In this document: piece after piece, positions 43,913-54,800 of the stretch | How positions within the stretch are numbered: position 1 is the stretch's first letter | How the letters are laid out: each line of letters begins with the position of its first letter | DNA from: Candidatus Liptonbacteria bacterium | GTDB lineage: Bacteria; Patescibacteriota; Minisyncoccia; UBA6257; 2-01-FULL-56-20 | Length of the DNA: 64,000 nucleotides | NCBI GenBank assembly: GCA_016867315.1 | Contig: VGJV01000001.1 | Location: 194,649-258,648 of the forward strand | Reading direction: 5' to 3' | Program-made: the position numbers and the translations under genes | Notes under the pieces: model-generated | Told to the model about the DNA's origin: nothing | The model's database searches: none | The model's input: only the letters and a program-made list of their open reading frames with translations

Positions 43913-45202
43913 ATGAAGCGAATTTACTTAGATTTTGCGGCTACTACTCCGCTTGACCCGGCGGTGGGGCGGGCAATGGAGCCGTATTTATATGAAGAGT
44001 TTGGGAATCCAAGTTCACTCCATTCTTTCGGGCAGAAGGCGATTGCAGCAATTGATAAGGCGCGGGAGATGTTCGCTCGAGAGCTTAATGCCAATTTTCG
44101 AGAAATTATTTTTACCGGATCTGCGACCGAGGCCAACAATCTGGGGTTCAGAGGGGTTATAAAAGGAATCAGGAAACAGGAATTAGGAATTAGGCAAAAG
44201 AAATTCACTCCTCGTATCATTATTTCGGCGATCGAACATGAATCCATTCGAGAAACGGCGAAAGACCTGGAACGCGAAGGAGTGGAAGTGATCGAAATTC
44301 CGGTAAGTCGCGAGGGGTTGGTAGATGTTCAGAAATTGAAGAACGCACTTAATGAGCGGACGGTTTTGGTTTCGGTCATGTATGCAAATAACGAGATAGG
44401 GACAGTGCAGCCGATTTCTGCAATCGGCAAAATCATAACCGATTTTAGAAAGCAAATAGCGGATAGCAAAGAGCCAAGAGCGCCATTGGCTATTGGCCAT
44501 TGGCCAATTTTTCACACCGACGCCGCGCAGGCTTTTCAATTTCTGGATTGCGATGTCCAATTTCTTGGAGTGGACCTTATGACTCTTTCGGCGCATAAGA
44601 TTTACGGGCCGAAAGGAGTGGGCGCGCTCTACATGCGGCGAATTGTGAATAGTGAATTGCGAAGTGTGAATAATTCTCAACTCCCAACTCCCACTTCTCA
44701 ATTCTTGAGCCCTGTGATTACCGGGGGTGGACAGGAATTTGGTTTGCGTTCGGGTACCGAGAATGTGGCAGAGATTGTGGGATTTGGCCATGCGGCACGT
44801 CGCGCAGGAGAGCTGCGTGTTAGAGAAGGAGCGCGGCTTGGAGGATTGTGCGAAAAGTTATGGAAAGGAATTATCAAAAAATATCCTCGCGCTACTTTAA
44901 ATGGTGTTTCTGCAAAGCGCTTCACTCGACATTCATCCCTTGCATTGCCTAATATTCTTAGCGTGCGGTTTTCTGATCTGGAGGCCGAAGCGCTCCTTGT
45001 CCGGCTTGATATCATGGGGCTCGCCGCTTCCGCTGGACCTGCATGCAGCAGTCGTTCACTCGAAGTTTCTAACGTTCTCCAAGCAATTGGGCTTACTCCT
45101 AAGCAGGCGCGGGAAACTATACGGTTTAGCCTTGGCCGCACTACAAAGGAGAAAGATGTTGCGCACGCTCTTTCCCTTTTGACTCAGGTTTTTCGGAGAT
45201 AG
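43913..45202 (+). CDS. iscS: cysteine desulfurase (IscS/NifS family; start at MKRIYLD)
   Basis: 'IYLDFAATTPLDP', the PLP-lysine region 'SAHKIYGPKGVGALYMRR' and an active-site Cys loop 'SAGPACSS'. It carries lineage-specific insertions, including an in-frame heptamer-repeat-encoded 'GIRKQELGIRQKK'. Confidence 0.85.
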   Translation: MKRIYLDFAATTPLDPAVGRAMEPYLYEEFGNPSSLHSFGQKAIAAIDKAREMFARELNANFREIIFTGSATEANNLGFRGVIKGIRKQELGIRQKKFTPRIIISAIEHESIRETAKDLEREGVEVIEIPVSREGLVDVQKLKNALNERTVLVSVMYANNEIGTVQPISAIGKIITDFRKQIADSKEPRAPLAIGHWPIFHTDAAQAFQFLDCDVQFLGVDLMTLSAHKIYGPKGVGALYMRRIVNSELRSVNNSQLPTPTSQFLSPVITGGGQEFGLRSGTENVAEIVGFGHAARRAGELRVREGARLGGLCEKLWKGIIKKYPRATLNGVSAKRFTRHSSLALPNILSVRFSDLEAEALLVRLDIMGLAASAGPACSSRSLEVSNVLQAIGLTPKQARETIRFSLGRTTKEKDVAHALSLLTQVFRR

Positions 45203-45274
45203 CCATATTTTTTGCGAGGCTTAGGGAGGACGCTATATAATAGGAGTAAAGGTAAGAGTTATTTTATAAATACT

Positions 45275-46534
45275 ATGAAAAAATCTCTCTTTACATTTTT
45301 AGGTGGGTTCAGCGCCGCAGCGTTTTTCCTCTTTTTACTTTCGGGCCCTGCAGCGAGGGCGGGATTTTGGGGTGATCTCATGGGGAGCATTTCTTCATTT
45401 GTAGTTCCTGCGCCCAGTACGAGTACCCGACAGATTGTTCCTGCTCAAACTTCCCCTCAGACTTTATATCAGCCAGCATTGGACTATGAGCGCGCAGTCA
45501 TCGCTGCAGTGAAGCGTGCGGAGCCCGCAGTAGTTTCTATCACTATCACCAAGAATGTGCCTATTTTGGAGAACTGCCCCGTGAATCCGTTTGGAGACTT
45601 GCCCCCAGAATTCCAGCAATTTTTCGGAGGCTCCCCTCAATTTTTTGCTCCGTGTGAACGAGGAACTCATTTAGAGAATGTAGGAGGAGGAAGCGGTTTT
45701 ATCATCTCTGCAGATGGACTTATCGTTACCAACAAACATGTGGTGAGCGATTCCAAGGCTTCTTATACCGTATTTACCAATGATGGGAAAAAATATGAAG
45801 CTAAAGTACTCGCTCAAGACCCCGTGCAGGATCTCGCTCTTATAAAAATAGAAGCTCGAGGATTACCCACCGTTACTTTAGGGGATTCGGACGCAGTAGA
45901 GCTGGGACAGACGGCGATTGCAATCGGAAACGCTTTAGGGGAATTCCGCAATACGGTTTCGGTGGGAGTGATTTCCGGCCTTTCTCGGACGGTTACCGCG
46001 GCTGGAGGAGGATTAGTTGAAACAATTGCAGGAGTGTTGCAGACGGATGCCGCAATCAATCTGGGAAATTCTGGGGGGCCGCTTTTAAATCTTCGAGGAG
46101 AGGTCATTGGTATTAACACCGCCGTAGCTTCCGGAGCTCAAAATGTAGGTTTCGCGCTGCCTATCAATGCGGCGAAGCGGGCTATTACTTCGGTTCGGAC
46201 CACGGGGACCATTGAAACTCCTTTCCTCGGGGTGCGGTATATTTTGGTGACTCCCGAGCTTGCGAAGCGGCAGAATCTTCCTGTAGAATATGGCGCACTC
46301 GTGCGGGGAGCCCAAGAAGGGGTCGCCGTTATGGCGAATTCTCCTGCGGCACGGGCAGGGTTGCTTGCGGAAGATATCATTTTAGAGGTTGGGGGAGAGA
46401 AGATCGACAAGGATCACCCTCTTGCGGCGCTCATTGCGAAGCGTACGGTAGGAGAGAAAGTAGCCGTTAAGGTGCGTCGCGGAAATCAAACTCTTACCAT
46501 TACTGTTACCCTCACCGCGCGCCCGAAGCAGTAA
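45275..46534 (+). CDS. HtrA/DegP-family serine protease with PDZ domain (start at MKKSLF)
   Basis: Signal peptide, catalytic 'TNKHVV' (His), 'DLALIKI' (Asp) and 'GNSGGPLLN' (Ser), plus a C-terminal PDZ domain 'ALVRGAQEGVAVMANSPAARAGL'. Confidence 0.85.
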   Translation: MKKSLFTFLGGFSAAAFFLFLLSGPAARAGFWGDLMGSISSFVVPAPSTSTRQIVPAQTSPQTLYQPALDYERAVIAAVKRAEPAVVSITITKNVPILENCPVNPFGDLPPEFQQFFGGSPQFFAPCERGTHLENVGGGSGFIISADGLIVTNKHVVSDSKASYTVFTNDGKKYEAKVLAQDPVQDLALIKIEARGLPTVTLGDSDAVELGQTAIAIGNALGEFRNTVSVGVISGLSRTVTAAGGGLVETIAGVLQTDAAINLGNSGGPLLNLRGEVIGINTAVASGAQNVGFALPINAAKRAITSVRTTGTIETPFLGVRYILVTPELAKRQNLPVEYGALVRGAQEGVAVMANSPAARAGLLAEDIILEVGGEKIDKDHPLAALIAKRTVGEKVAVKVRRGNQTLTITVTLTARPKQ

Positions 46535-46554
46535 AATAGACTATTATATAGATA

Positions 46555-49194
46555 ATGCCTCACTTTCATCGATTTACTATAAAAGCCCAGGAGGCGTTAC
46601 AGAACGCCCAGGAGCTGGCGGGGAGAAAGAATCATGGAGAATTAAAAGTACTCCATCTTTTAGCATCTTTGCTCGAGGATCAGTCGTCGCTTGTGGTGCC
46701 GGTGCTTACGCGATTGGGAGTCAATCTCGAAAAACTTCAGGAGCAAATTGATCTGGAGCTTGATAGGATTCCCAAAATTGTGGGAAATTCCAATGTTGGC
46801 CAGCTCTATCTTTCGCATGAAATTATGAGGGTGCTTGATCAGGCCGCCAAAGTAGCTGCGCAGCAGAAGGATGAGTTTGTCTCCTGCGAGCATCTTCTCC
46901 TTGCAATTCTTGATGTGCCGGCAGCGGCGAAATCGGTGTTGGAGCAGTTCGGGGTACGGCGGGAGGCGGCGTTTCGTATCCTCGCGCAGCTTCGCGGTTC
47001 TGTGCGTGTGACGGATGAAACCCCCGAGAGTAAATTTCAGGTACTCGAGAAGTATGCGATCAATCTTACTGAGAAAGCTCGGGCGGGGGAGCTCGATCCA
47101 GTGATCGGCCGGGAAGAAGAATTGCGCCGTGTTATGCAGGTGCTGTCGCGGCGTACAAAAAATAACCCCGTGCTTATCGGAGAACCCGGCGTAGGCAAGA
47201 CCGCAATTGTAGAAGGCTTGGCTCAGCAGATTGTGCATGGGGATGTACCCGAGCCTTTGAAGGGCAAAGAAATTCTTATGTTGGATCTTGGTGCGCTCAT
47301 CGCCGGGACGAAATTCCGTGGAGAATTTGAAGACCGGCTCAAAGCTTTTATGAAAGAAATCAAGAATGCGAGCGGGAAACTCATCCTTTTCATAGATGAA
47401 ATTCATGCGATTGTAGGCGCAGGAGCGGCAGAAGGAGCGGTGGATGCGTCGAACCTCTTAAAGCCAGCGCTTGCGCGAGGGGAACTGCATGCGATAGGAG
47501 CTACTACTATCCGAGAATACCAACGGTATATCGAGAAAGATCCTGCGCTTGAGCGGCGATTCCAGCCTATCATTGTGGAGGAGCCTTCACTCGAAGATAG
47601 TGTTGCAATTCTCCGCGGGCTTAAAGAGAAATACGAGATGCATCACGGACTGCGTATCAGCGATGAGGCAATCGTCGAGGCGGTGCAACTTTCTTCACGT
47701 TATATTACGGATCGATTTCTGCCGGATAAGGCCGTAGATTTGATAGATGAGGCGGCAGCGGCACGGCGATTAGAATCGGAGAGTCTGCCGAAAGAGATTG
47801 ATTCGGTTCGGAGAGAAATTACGCGGCTTGAAGTAGAGCGGCAGGCTTTGACGCGCGAGGAGAAAAATCCCGTTCGCCTAAAAGAAATAGACTCCGCACT
47901 CAAAAATCTTAAGGATAAGAACGATGAGCTTTCGGCGCGATGGCACACCGAGAAAATAAAGTTTGAAACTTTGCACGAATTACGCCGAAAGATCGATACA
48001 TTGCGGCGTGAGGCAGAAGTAGCGGAGCGAGAGGGGAATTTGGAGCGCGTGGCTCAAATTATTTATGGCGAGCTACCTCAGGCGGAAAAGGACTATTCTT
48101 TATTTGAGAAAAAGCATTTTAGCGGGATAAAGCGTCGAAAAAAACTCGAGGGCCCTGAGGAGCGTTTTCTTAAGGAGGCAGTCGATAAGGAAGATGTGGC
48201 TGCGGTAGTATCGGTGTGGACTGGGATTCCCATCACCCGCATGCTTGAATCCGAAAGTACAAAACTCACCAAAATCGAAGATTCCCTTCGGGAGAGAGTA
48301 GTGGGACAAACTGAAGCAATTGAGGCGGTGGCGAATGCCTTACGCCGTGCGCGCGCGGGGCTTTCGGATGTTCACCGGCCATTGGGGTCTTTCATGTTTC
48401 TGGGGCCTACGGGGGTAGGGAAGACCGAGCTTGCTCGGGCTTTGGCGGAGTTTATGTTTAACGACGAGAAAGCTTTGGTACGAATTGATATGTCGGAATA
48501 TATGGAGCGGCATGCAGTGAGCCGGCTTATCGGATCGCCTCCCGGGTATGTGGGACATGAGGAAGGGGGGCAACTTACTGAGATTCTTCGCCATCGGCCT
48601 TACAGCCTCATCCTTTTTGACGAAATAGAAAAGGCTCATCCGGAGGTATTCAACCTTTTGCTTCAGATTTTGGACAACGGGAGGCTGACGGATGCCAAGG
48701 GGAAAACGGTGAATTTTAAAAATGCGATCATTATCATGACTTCCAATGTGGGAAGTGAGTATCTCCGCGCGATGTCTTCGCTGGGCTTTTCTGCCGGGAA
48801 AGAGACCCATGTGCAAGAAGAGGGGACCTATAAGGGGAAAGTGCTGGGGGCCCTTCGGGAAAGTTTCCGGCCAGAGTTTTTGAACCGAATCGATGAAATA
48901 ATCATTTTCAATCCTCTTACCAGAGCGGATATAGAACAAATCGTCGATATTCAGATTAGTCTTCTCGAAAAGCGGCTTCAAGAGAATAATATTACTATTA
49001 AGGTAGACGCTGCGGCGCGAGAATATCTTTCCCGAGAGGGATTTAGTGCGGAGTTCGGCGCGCGACCTTTAAAGCGGTTACTCCAAAAAGTGATTCTCGA
49101 TAAGTTGGCAGATAAGATTATTCGAGGCGAGATTAAAGATGGAGATAAAGTTAAAGTCCACTTTAAGTCAAATTCCTTGGTGGTTGGCGTGTAA
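46555..49194 (+). CDS. clpB: ATP-dependent chaperone ClpB
   Basis: Clp N-domain, NBD1 '[15 protein letters not shown]', the long coiled-coil M-domain and NBD2 '[17 protein letters not shown]' with the 'GARPLKR' sensor; 879 aa. Confidence 0.95.
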   Translation: MPHFHRFTIKAQEALQNAQELAGRKNHGELKVLHLLASLLEDQSSLVVPVLTRLGVNLEKLQEQIDLELDRIPKIVGNSNVGQLYLSHEIMRVLDQAAKVAAQQKDEFVSCEHLLLAILDVPAAAKSVLEQFGVRREAAFRILAQLRGSVRVTDETPESKFQVLEKYAINLTEKARAGELDPVIGREEELRRVMQVLSRRTKNNPVLIGEPGVGKTAIVEGLAQQIVHGDVPEPLKGKEILMLDLGALIAGTKFRGEFEDRLKAFMKEIKNASGKLILFIDEIHAIVGAGAAEGAVDASNLLKPALARGELHAIGATTIREYQRYIEKDPALERRFQPIIVEEPSLEDSVAILRGLKEKYEMHHGLRISDEAIVEAVQLSSRYITDRFLPDKAVDLIDEAAAARRLESESLPKEIDSVRREITRLEVERQALTREEKNPVRLKEIDSALKNLKDKNDELSARWHTEKIKFETLHELRRKIDTLRREAEVAEREGNLERVAQIIYGELPQAEKDYSLFEKKHFSGIKRRKKLEGPEERFLKEAVDKEDVAAVVSVWTGIPITRMLESESTKLTKIEDSLRERVVGQTEAIEAVANALRRARAGLSDVHRPLGSFMFLGPTGVGKTELARALAEFMFNDEKALVRIDMSEYMERHAVSRLIGSPPGYVGHEEGGQLTEILRHRPYSLILFDEIEKAHPEVFNLLLQILDNGRLTDAKGKTVNFKNAIIIMTSNVGSEYLRAMSSLGFSAGKETHVQEEGTYKGKVLGALRESFRPEFLNRIDEIIIFNPLTRADIEQIVDIQISLLEKRLQENNITIKVDAAAREYLSREGFSAEFGARPLKRLLQKVILDKLADKIIRGEIKDGDKVKVHFKSNSLVVGV

Positions 49195-49867
49195 GGCGAT
49201 TTTTATCGCGCTTTCTTGGTTTATCTTCCCTTTTTGGCTATTTTTTTTAGTCGCTAATTATTTTTATTGGCTTCCTTTTTTTGCAGCAGGAGTATTTTTA
49301 GTTCCCTTTGTGCTTACTCTTTTGCTTTCAGCTGTAGGGGAGCCTACGGGTTGGCTTTTGGCGGGCATAGGGAGTCTTTTTTTCCTGATACTTGGAGCTA
49401 AAGAGCTCGCCTTTATTCATCGCGCTCGGGTATACGAAGTGCTTTCAGTGGTGCTTCTTTTTTTGGGGTGTCTTCAGATTGCTTCTTTTATCCAAGGGAA
49501 GGACCAGATTGGATTACCATTCATATATCTTGCCGTGGCATTCATATTTTTCTTGCTTCGGGACAGCGCTTTCCGGTATGAGAGATCTCACCGGGGAGAT
49601 GCGGCGATACCTCAATTTCCTGGAAAGCAGCAGTTTCTGGAAAGTGCACTTCCCGCATTTCTTTTTTTTGGATACGGAAGTATTGTGAGCGGATTTCCTT
49701 TGGAAGTCTTACCCAAAAGCGCAGTACTTTTTGCAGGGGCTATCGCTTTTTTCTTCCTTACGCCTTTTGAGGGTCATCAACTTCCACTTGAAAAACTCGG
49801 GCGTTATTTGGGGATACTTACTGCAGCGATTATAATCATCTTTATTACTTCAAGTTGGACTCTTTAG
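49139..49867 (+). CDS. hypothetical polytopic membrane protein (start may lie downstream of 49139)
   Basis: About seven hydrophobic helices. The annotated ATG overlaps the clpB 3' end by 56 nt in another frame. Confidence 0.4.
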   Translation: MEIKLKSTLSQIPWWLACKAIFIALSWFIFPFWLFFLVANYFYWLPFFAAGVFLVPFVLTLLLSAVGEPTGWLLAGIGSLFFLILGAKELAFIHRARVYEVLSVVLLFLGCLQIASFIQGKDQIGLPFIYLAVAFIFFLLRDSAFRYERSHRGDAAIPQFPGKQQFLESALPAFLFFGYGSIVSGFPLEVLPKSAVLFAGAIAFFFLTPFEGHQLPLEKLGRYLGILTAAIIIIFITSSWTL

Positions 49868-49912
49868 ACCTTCTCATTGTTTCTTCAGTTTGAACCTCGT
49901 ATTCTTGTATCT

Positions 49913-50677
49913 ATGAAAGCTATTATACTTGCGGCGGGTTATGCTACGCGGCTTTATCCGCTTACTCTCTCTCAGCCCAAACCTTTACTTTCCATTGCGG
50001 GTAGGCCAATGATTGATTATACGCTCGATTCTTTGCGGGAAATGAAGGGGTTAGACGGAGTAGTAGTGGTTTCTAACGCCAAGTTTGTGGCGAATTTTCA
50101 AGAATGGGCTGCGGTTAAGAAAAAAGAAGGATTTCCTTTTGCTATTTCTATCTTGAATGATGGATCTACCGAAGATGCAAATAAAAAAGGGGCAATTGGA
50201 GATCTTTTTTTTGCCTTGGAGCAAGCCCAAATCAATGATGATCTGATAGTAATTGCCGGAGATAACCTTTTTACGGAGAGTGTCGGAGCGTTTGCGGAAT
50301 TTGCCCGTACTCGGAAAACACCAGTCCTTGCCGTTTATGATGTGAAGAGTCTGGAGGCGGCAAAGAAATTTAGCGTGTTTACTTTAGCTTCCGATGGGCA
50401 CATTGTGGATTTTGAAGAAAAGCCCCAAGCTCCCAAAAGTACGCTTATAGGAATTGCCCTTTACTATTACCCCCAAGAAACCTTAGCGCTCATTCGGCAA
50501 TATGTGGCGGAGGGGAACAATCCGGATCAGCCCGGGAGACTTATTCAGTGGCTTTACCCCAAAGTTTCAGTTTATACGTGGGCGGTGCCGGGTGTGTGGT
50601 ATGACATTGGGTCCAAGGAGACTTTGGAGGAAGCTGAAAAGACGTTTTCGGCAGTTCCTCGAGTAAAGCCTGCTTAG
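49913..50677 (+). CDS. sugar-phosphate nucleotidyltransferase (start at MKAIILAAG)
   Basis: N-terminal 'MKAIILAAGYATRLYPLTLSQPKPLL' is the G1P-nucleotidyltransferase signature. Confidence 0.8.
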   Translation: MKAIILAAGYATRLYPLTLSQPKPLLSIAGRPMIDYTLDSLREMKGLDGVVVVSNAKFVANFQEWAAVKKKEGFPFAISILNDGSTEDANKKGAIGDLFFALEQAQINDDLIVIAGDNLFTESVGAFAEFARTRKTPVLAVYDVKSLEAAKKFSVFTLASDGHIVDFEEKPQAPKSTLIGIALYYYPQETLALIRQYVAEGNNPDQPGRLIQWLYPKVSVYTWAVPGVWYDIGSKETLEEAEKTFSAVPRVKPA

Positions 50678-50720
50678 CTCGGTTGACAAAGAAATTGCCG
50701 AAGAATATATTTTCGGCAAT

Positions 50721-51410
50721 ATGCGAGAAGAAGAAGCAGCCAAAGTGGTTGCCAAAAAATCTTATGAGGTGAGCTACGCTCTTTGCCGGGTAGCTTCCAG
50801 AGTTAAGCCTTCTATTTCGGCAAAGCTGGAGGAATGCGCTTTCTCTATTATAGAGTCGGCAAGTGCTTTAAATATTGCCGGAATAAGGAACTCTCTTAAT
50901 CTGGCAAAAAACTATGTTCGTATTGGAGCAGATTCCAATCTTTTGCATAAATCCAACGCAGATTTACTTCTCAGTGAAATTCTGAGGTTTGATTCTGTAT
51001 TGTCGACTTTAGAGGCCTTAAACTTTTCCGCCAAAGCAAATTTAGGCGGTGTATTTTCTTCTTCCCCTAGCCCTGCTCCTGAGCCTACCTATAAAAGAAA
51101 GGAATCTTCCTTATCTACGGAAAAAAAAGAGGAATCACCTAACGAATCGGAAAGACACAGTGCCGGAGAGCGGCAATCGGCAATACTTGGTTTTGTTGGA
51201 AAGACCGGCAATTGCCGGATGAAAGATTTGATGGAACAATTCCCTTCTACGAGTGAGCGAACGTTACGCTATGATCTTCAGGGTCTTGTAGAGCAAGGGG
51301 CTTTGGAGCGTGTGGGGGAGGGAGGACCCGGTACTTTTTATAGGCTTAAATCCCCCAGTATTCCGCTTTCCAGTGGATCGGACAATACCACTCCGCTTTT
51401 GGGAGAGTAA
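50721..51410 (+). CDS. hypothetical protein with C-terminal winged-HTH-like region
   Basis: N-terminal helical domain, a Ser/Glu-rich linker and C-terminal 'RMKDLMEQFPSTSERTLRYDLQGLVEQGALERVG' (DeoR-like wHTH). Confidence 0.4.
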   Translation: MREEEAAKVVAKKSYEVSYALCRVASRVKPSISAKLEECAFSIIESASALNIAGIRNSLNLAKNYVRIGADSNLLHKSNADLLLSEILRFDSVLSTLEALNFSAKANLGGVFSSSPSPAPEPTYKRKESSLSTEKKEESPNESERHSAGERQSAILGFVGKTGNCRMKDLMEQFPSTSERTLRYDLQGLVEQGALERVGEGGPGTFYRLKSPSIPLSSGSDNTTPLLGE

Positions 51411-51627
51411 CCTTTAAAAAAGGCCTTCGTTTTAAAGAATAGCTGCAGCTATTGGCCTTTGGGCAAAGTTGTGGTAAGGTAGTAGCACGTTGGTTCAGGT
51501 TCTGGCCCTTTATTTATGGGGGTTCAGGACGTGAGGCTGAACCAGATAAGGATTGGGGGGAAGAAGCGTTTGGGGCGGTTTTAGGCGCCCATTACTTCTT
51601 GTATCCATATCCTTTCCACGTTTCAGC

Positions 51628-51655
51628 CTCGCTCGCAAGCGAGTTTTTTTATTTT
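51628..51655 (+). terminator. intrinsic terminator (CTCGCT-CGCA-AGCGAG + T7AT4)
   Basis: Perfect 6-bp stem with tetraloop followed by TTTTTTTATTTT, about 220 nt downstream of the preceding CDS. Confidence 0.55.
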
Positions 51656-51888
51656 AGTAAACGTAAGTTCTCTCGCGGTCACTCCTATCCACTCAACCTC
51701 ACGGGTGGAGAGGGTCGAAGTGATCGATAGGGAGCTTTCCCGAGTTCGAAAGGTCGACGGCCTCAATATCCAATCAGTACACACTTAGAATAATTTGGTC
51801 GATAACTTAATTTACCTCTAAGTGGGTTACTTTTGGTAATTGGTCGATAAAACAAGAAACGAAAGTCGAAATAAAAGTAATTATCTAA

Positions 51889-54800
51889 ATGAGTACATTC
51901 GGTAAGAAGTTTGTTTCAGTAGCGCTTATGGCGACCGTAGCAGTATGGGCGTCAGGAGCGCTTCTTTTTGTGCCGGTGGCAAATGCACAATCTTCGGCTG
52001 ATCTTCAGGCGCAGATTGCAGCGCTTTTGGCACAAATCGCCCAACTTCAAGCCCAGCTCAACACTGGTTCGAGTGTTTCTGCTCCTTCCACCACGTTTAC
52101 CCGCGACCTCACCGTGGGAAGCACTGGTGCGGACGTAAAAGCGCTCCAACAGTGGTTGAATGCTAACGGCTACAGAATTGCGGCGAGCGGAGCTGGGTCC
52201 CCTGGAAATGAAACCACCTACTTCGGGCCTGCCACGAAAGCGGCAGTAGCGAAGTATCAAGCTGCAAAAGGCATTTCGCCCGCTGCAGGGTCTTTCGGTC
52301 CTAAGACTCGAGCTTCTCTTTCGGCAGTAGCGGGAACTCCGTCGACGCCAAGCACGCCGTCGACTCCTTCTACTCCTTCAACGCCAGCGCCTGCGTCGGG
52401 ACTTATGGTGAGCTTGTCTCCCTCTAGCCCGGCTGCGGGATCCTTGATCTCGTCTTCGAACAGTGCAGCGGCTCGCGTCCCTGTGCTTGCAGTGAATCTC
52501 ACGGCCGGCACGGCGAGCGGTGTGACTGTTACGGGACTTAAATTCAAGAAAACTGGCGTGCTCTCGGACAGCTCTATTTCCGGAGCTTACATCGAAGAGA
52601 ACGGCAAAGTATTGGCTCAATACACCTCGATCTCGGGTGGCGTAATCAGCTTCCCTGGATTGGCGATTAACCTCGCTGCGGGGCAGACCAAGACTTTGAC
52701 CCTTTCGATTGACCCGGCTCAGGGTTTGTCTGCGGGTAACACCGTGGGATTTGCTATGACGATGGCTTCGGACGTAACGGCTGTTGACGCCACTGGCTCA
52801 GCAGTAACTCCGTCCGGCAGCTTCCCGGTTAATGGCAACACCTTCACGGTAACCTCCGTTTCGAATCCCTCGATCGCGACTCTTACGATAGCGTCGAGCT
52901 CGATCGGAACGACGGTATACGCTGGCACCAAAAATGTCATCGTAGGTGCCTGGAGCTTCACTGGCGCGAACAGCAAAGTGTGGCTCAAGGGACTCAACTT
53001 CAAGGTTATTGGATCGGCGTCTAAAACCGATATCCAAAACGTGAAGCTTTACGTGAATGGTTCGCAGGTAGGCTCTACCCTTCCCTCGGTATCGGCGGAT
53101 GGGACGGCGTACTTCGACCTCACGGTGGCTCCGGCTACCTTGAACACGGGCGCGAACAACGTCCAAGTCTACGCGGACGTAATGGGATCTCCGAACTTCA
53201 CGTTCCAATTTGAGATCTTGAACGCGTACGACGTATTGGCGGTAGACTCGCAGTACAATGTGCCGATCACGGCGGTTTCGAACACTGGAACCCAGGTTAC
53301 GATCAACGCCGGAACGGTAACGGTAACTGCAGCTTCCGACACTCCGACGGGTAACATCGCGAAAGGGCAGACGAACGTCACCCTCGCGAAGTTCAGCGTG
53401 TACGCGGCGGGTGAACCTGTAAAAGTAAAGTGGCTCACCTTCCAGTTGGCGTTTACGGGCAACCAATCCGCTACGTCCACCATTGACACGTACATCAAGA
53501 ACGTGCACTTGGATGACGACGCGGGAGGCCAAGTGGGATCTACGATCACCTCTTTGGCTACGTCCGTAACCTGTACGGATGCGACGTATTCCGCAGCAAC
53601 CTCGACGGCTACGAACTGTTTCGGATCGTCTGGTTCTCCCATCAACTACATCATTCCGGCGAACACCACTCGGGTGCTCTCGCTCAAGGGTGATATCCAG
53701 AACAATGCGGGAACTGACTTCGGAACGATCAAGGCTTCGCTCGTTGCCGGATCGAGCAGCAACGTGCAGGGTATGATTTCCAGTGCGACTGCAAACACCG
53801 GAGCGGCTTCGGGAAGCGCATTGAGCTTGTCCTCGAGCGCCCTCACGGTGGCTCAGAACACTGGGGTAGGAACGCAGACGGTTTCGAAGGGAGCTGCGAA
53901 CGTACGAATCGGTTCGTACGCATTCACTGCTTCTTCGGCTGAAGGTGTTACCGTATCTAACCTTACCGTTACTATGGGAGCGGCTGGTTCCGACTTCCAG
54001 AACTTGAAGGTGAAGATTGGCAATAGCCAATTCGGCTCGACGCAAGCCACGCTTGCGAACAGCGGCGCTTACTCGTACTCGGGAACGCCGTTTACCGTGC
54101 CTGCGGGTGGAACGACCTACGTGGATGTGTACGCCGACGTACTTTCTTCGGCGAGCGCTGCCACGAAGGCCACTATCACCACTCTTAGCGGTTGTTCCGG
54201 TTCAGGAGCGACGTCTCTCACGGCTATCTCCTGTACTTCCACGAGCGGACAAAGCGTAGTCGTAGCGGGTCAGTCCACTGTGACTGTCGCGCTTGACAAT
54301 GCGCTTTCGCCTGCGGCTGGACAGATCGTGATGGGCTCCACTGGAGTATCCCTCGCGGCCTGGAGGCTCACGGAGACCACCAACATTGAAGCCATTAAGA
54401 TCACCGATCTTAACATCTTCCAACAGGTGGCTTCGTCGACGACTGTAAAAGCCGGGTTCTCGAACCTCAAGCTTTACAAGTCGACGGATTTGACGACCCC
54501 GCTTGCGACCGGAGGAGTAGCGAACACTTCGATCGCTACCTCGACGCCGGGTATGGGATACTACTACAAGTTCAACTTTGGAACGCCCGTAGTAGTACCG
54601 CAATCCGGATCGGTAACGCTCGTCTTGAAGGGAGACGTTTCGTCCTACATCTCTTCGGGTGCTACGGACAACACGACTCACGTCTTCAAGATCGCGACTT
54701 CGACGGACACTGCGAACGACTCGTTGCCTGAAACTATCGTGGCGCTGGGTTCGACCTCGAACAACAGTTCCTCGATAACCTTGAGCTCCCCGAACGGAAA

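Noticed and set aside
51452-51730. 92-aa ORF in the intergenic region before the surface-protein gene
   Set aside because: Spans an intrinsic terminator and has an aromatic-rich nonsense composition
52798-54681. 415-aa and 159-aa Arg-rich ORFs on the minus strand
   Set aside because: Antisense to the repetitive GC-rich surface-protein gene; extreme Arg/Ser bias typical of spurious frames
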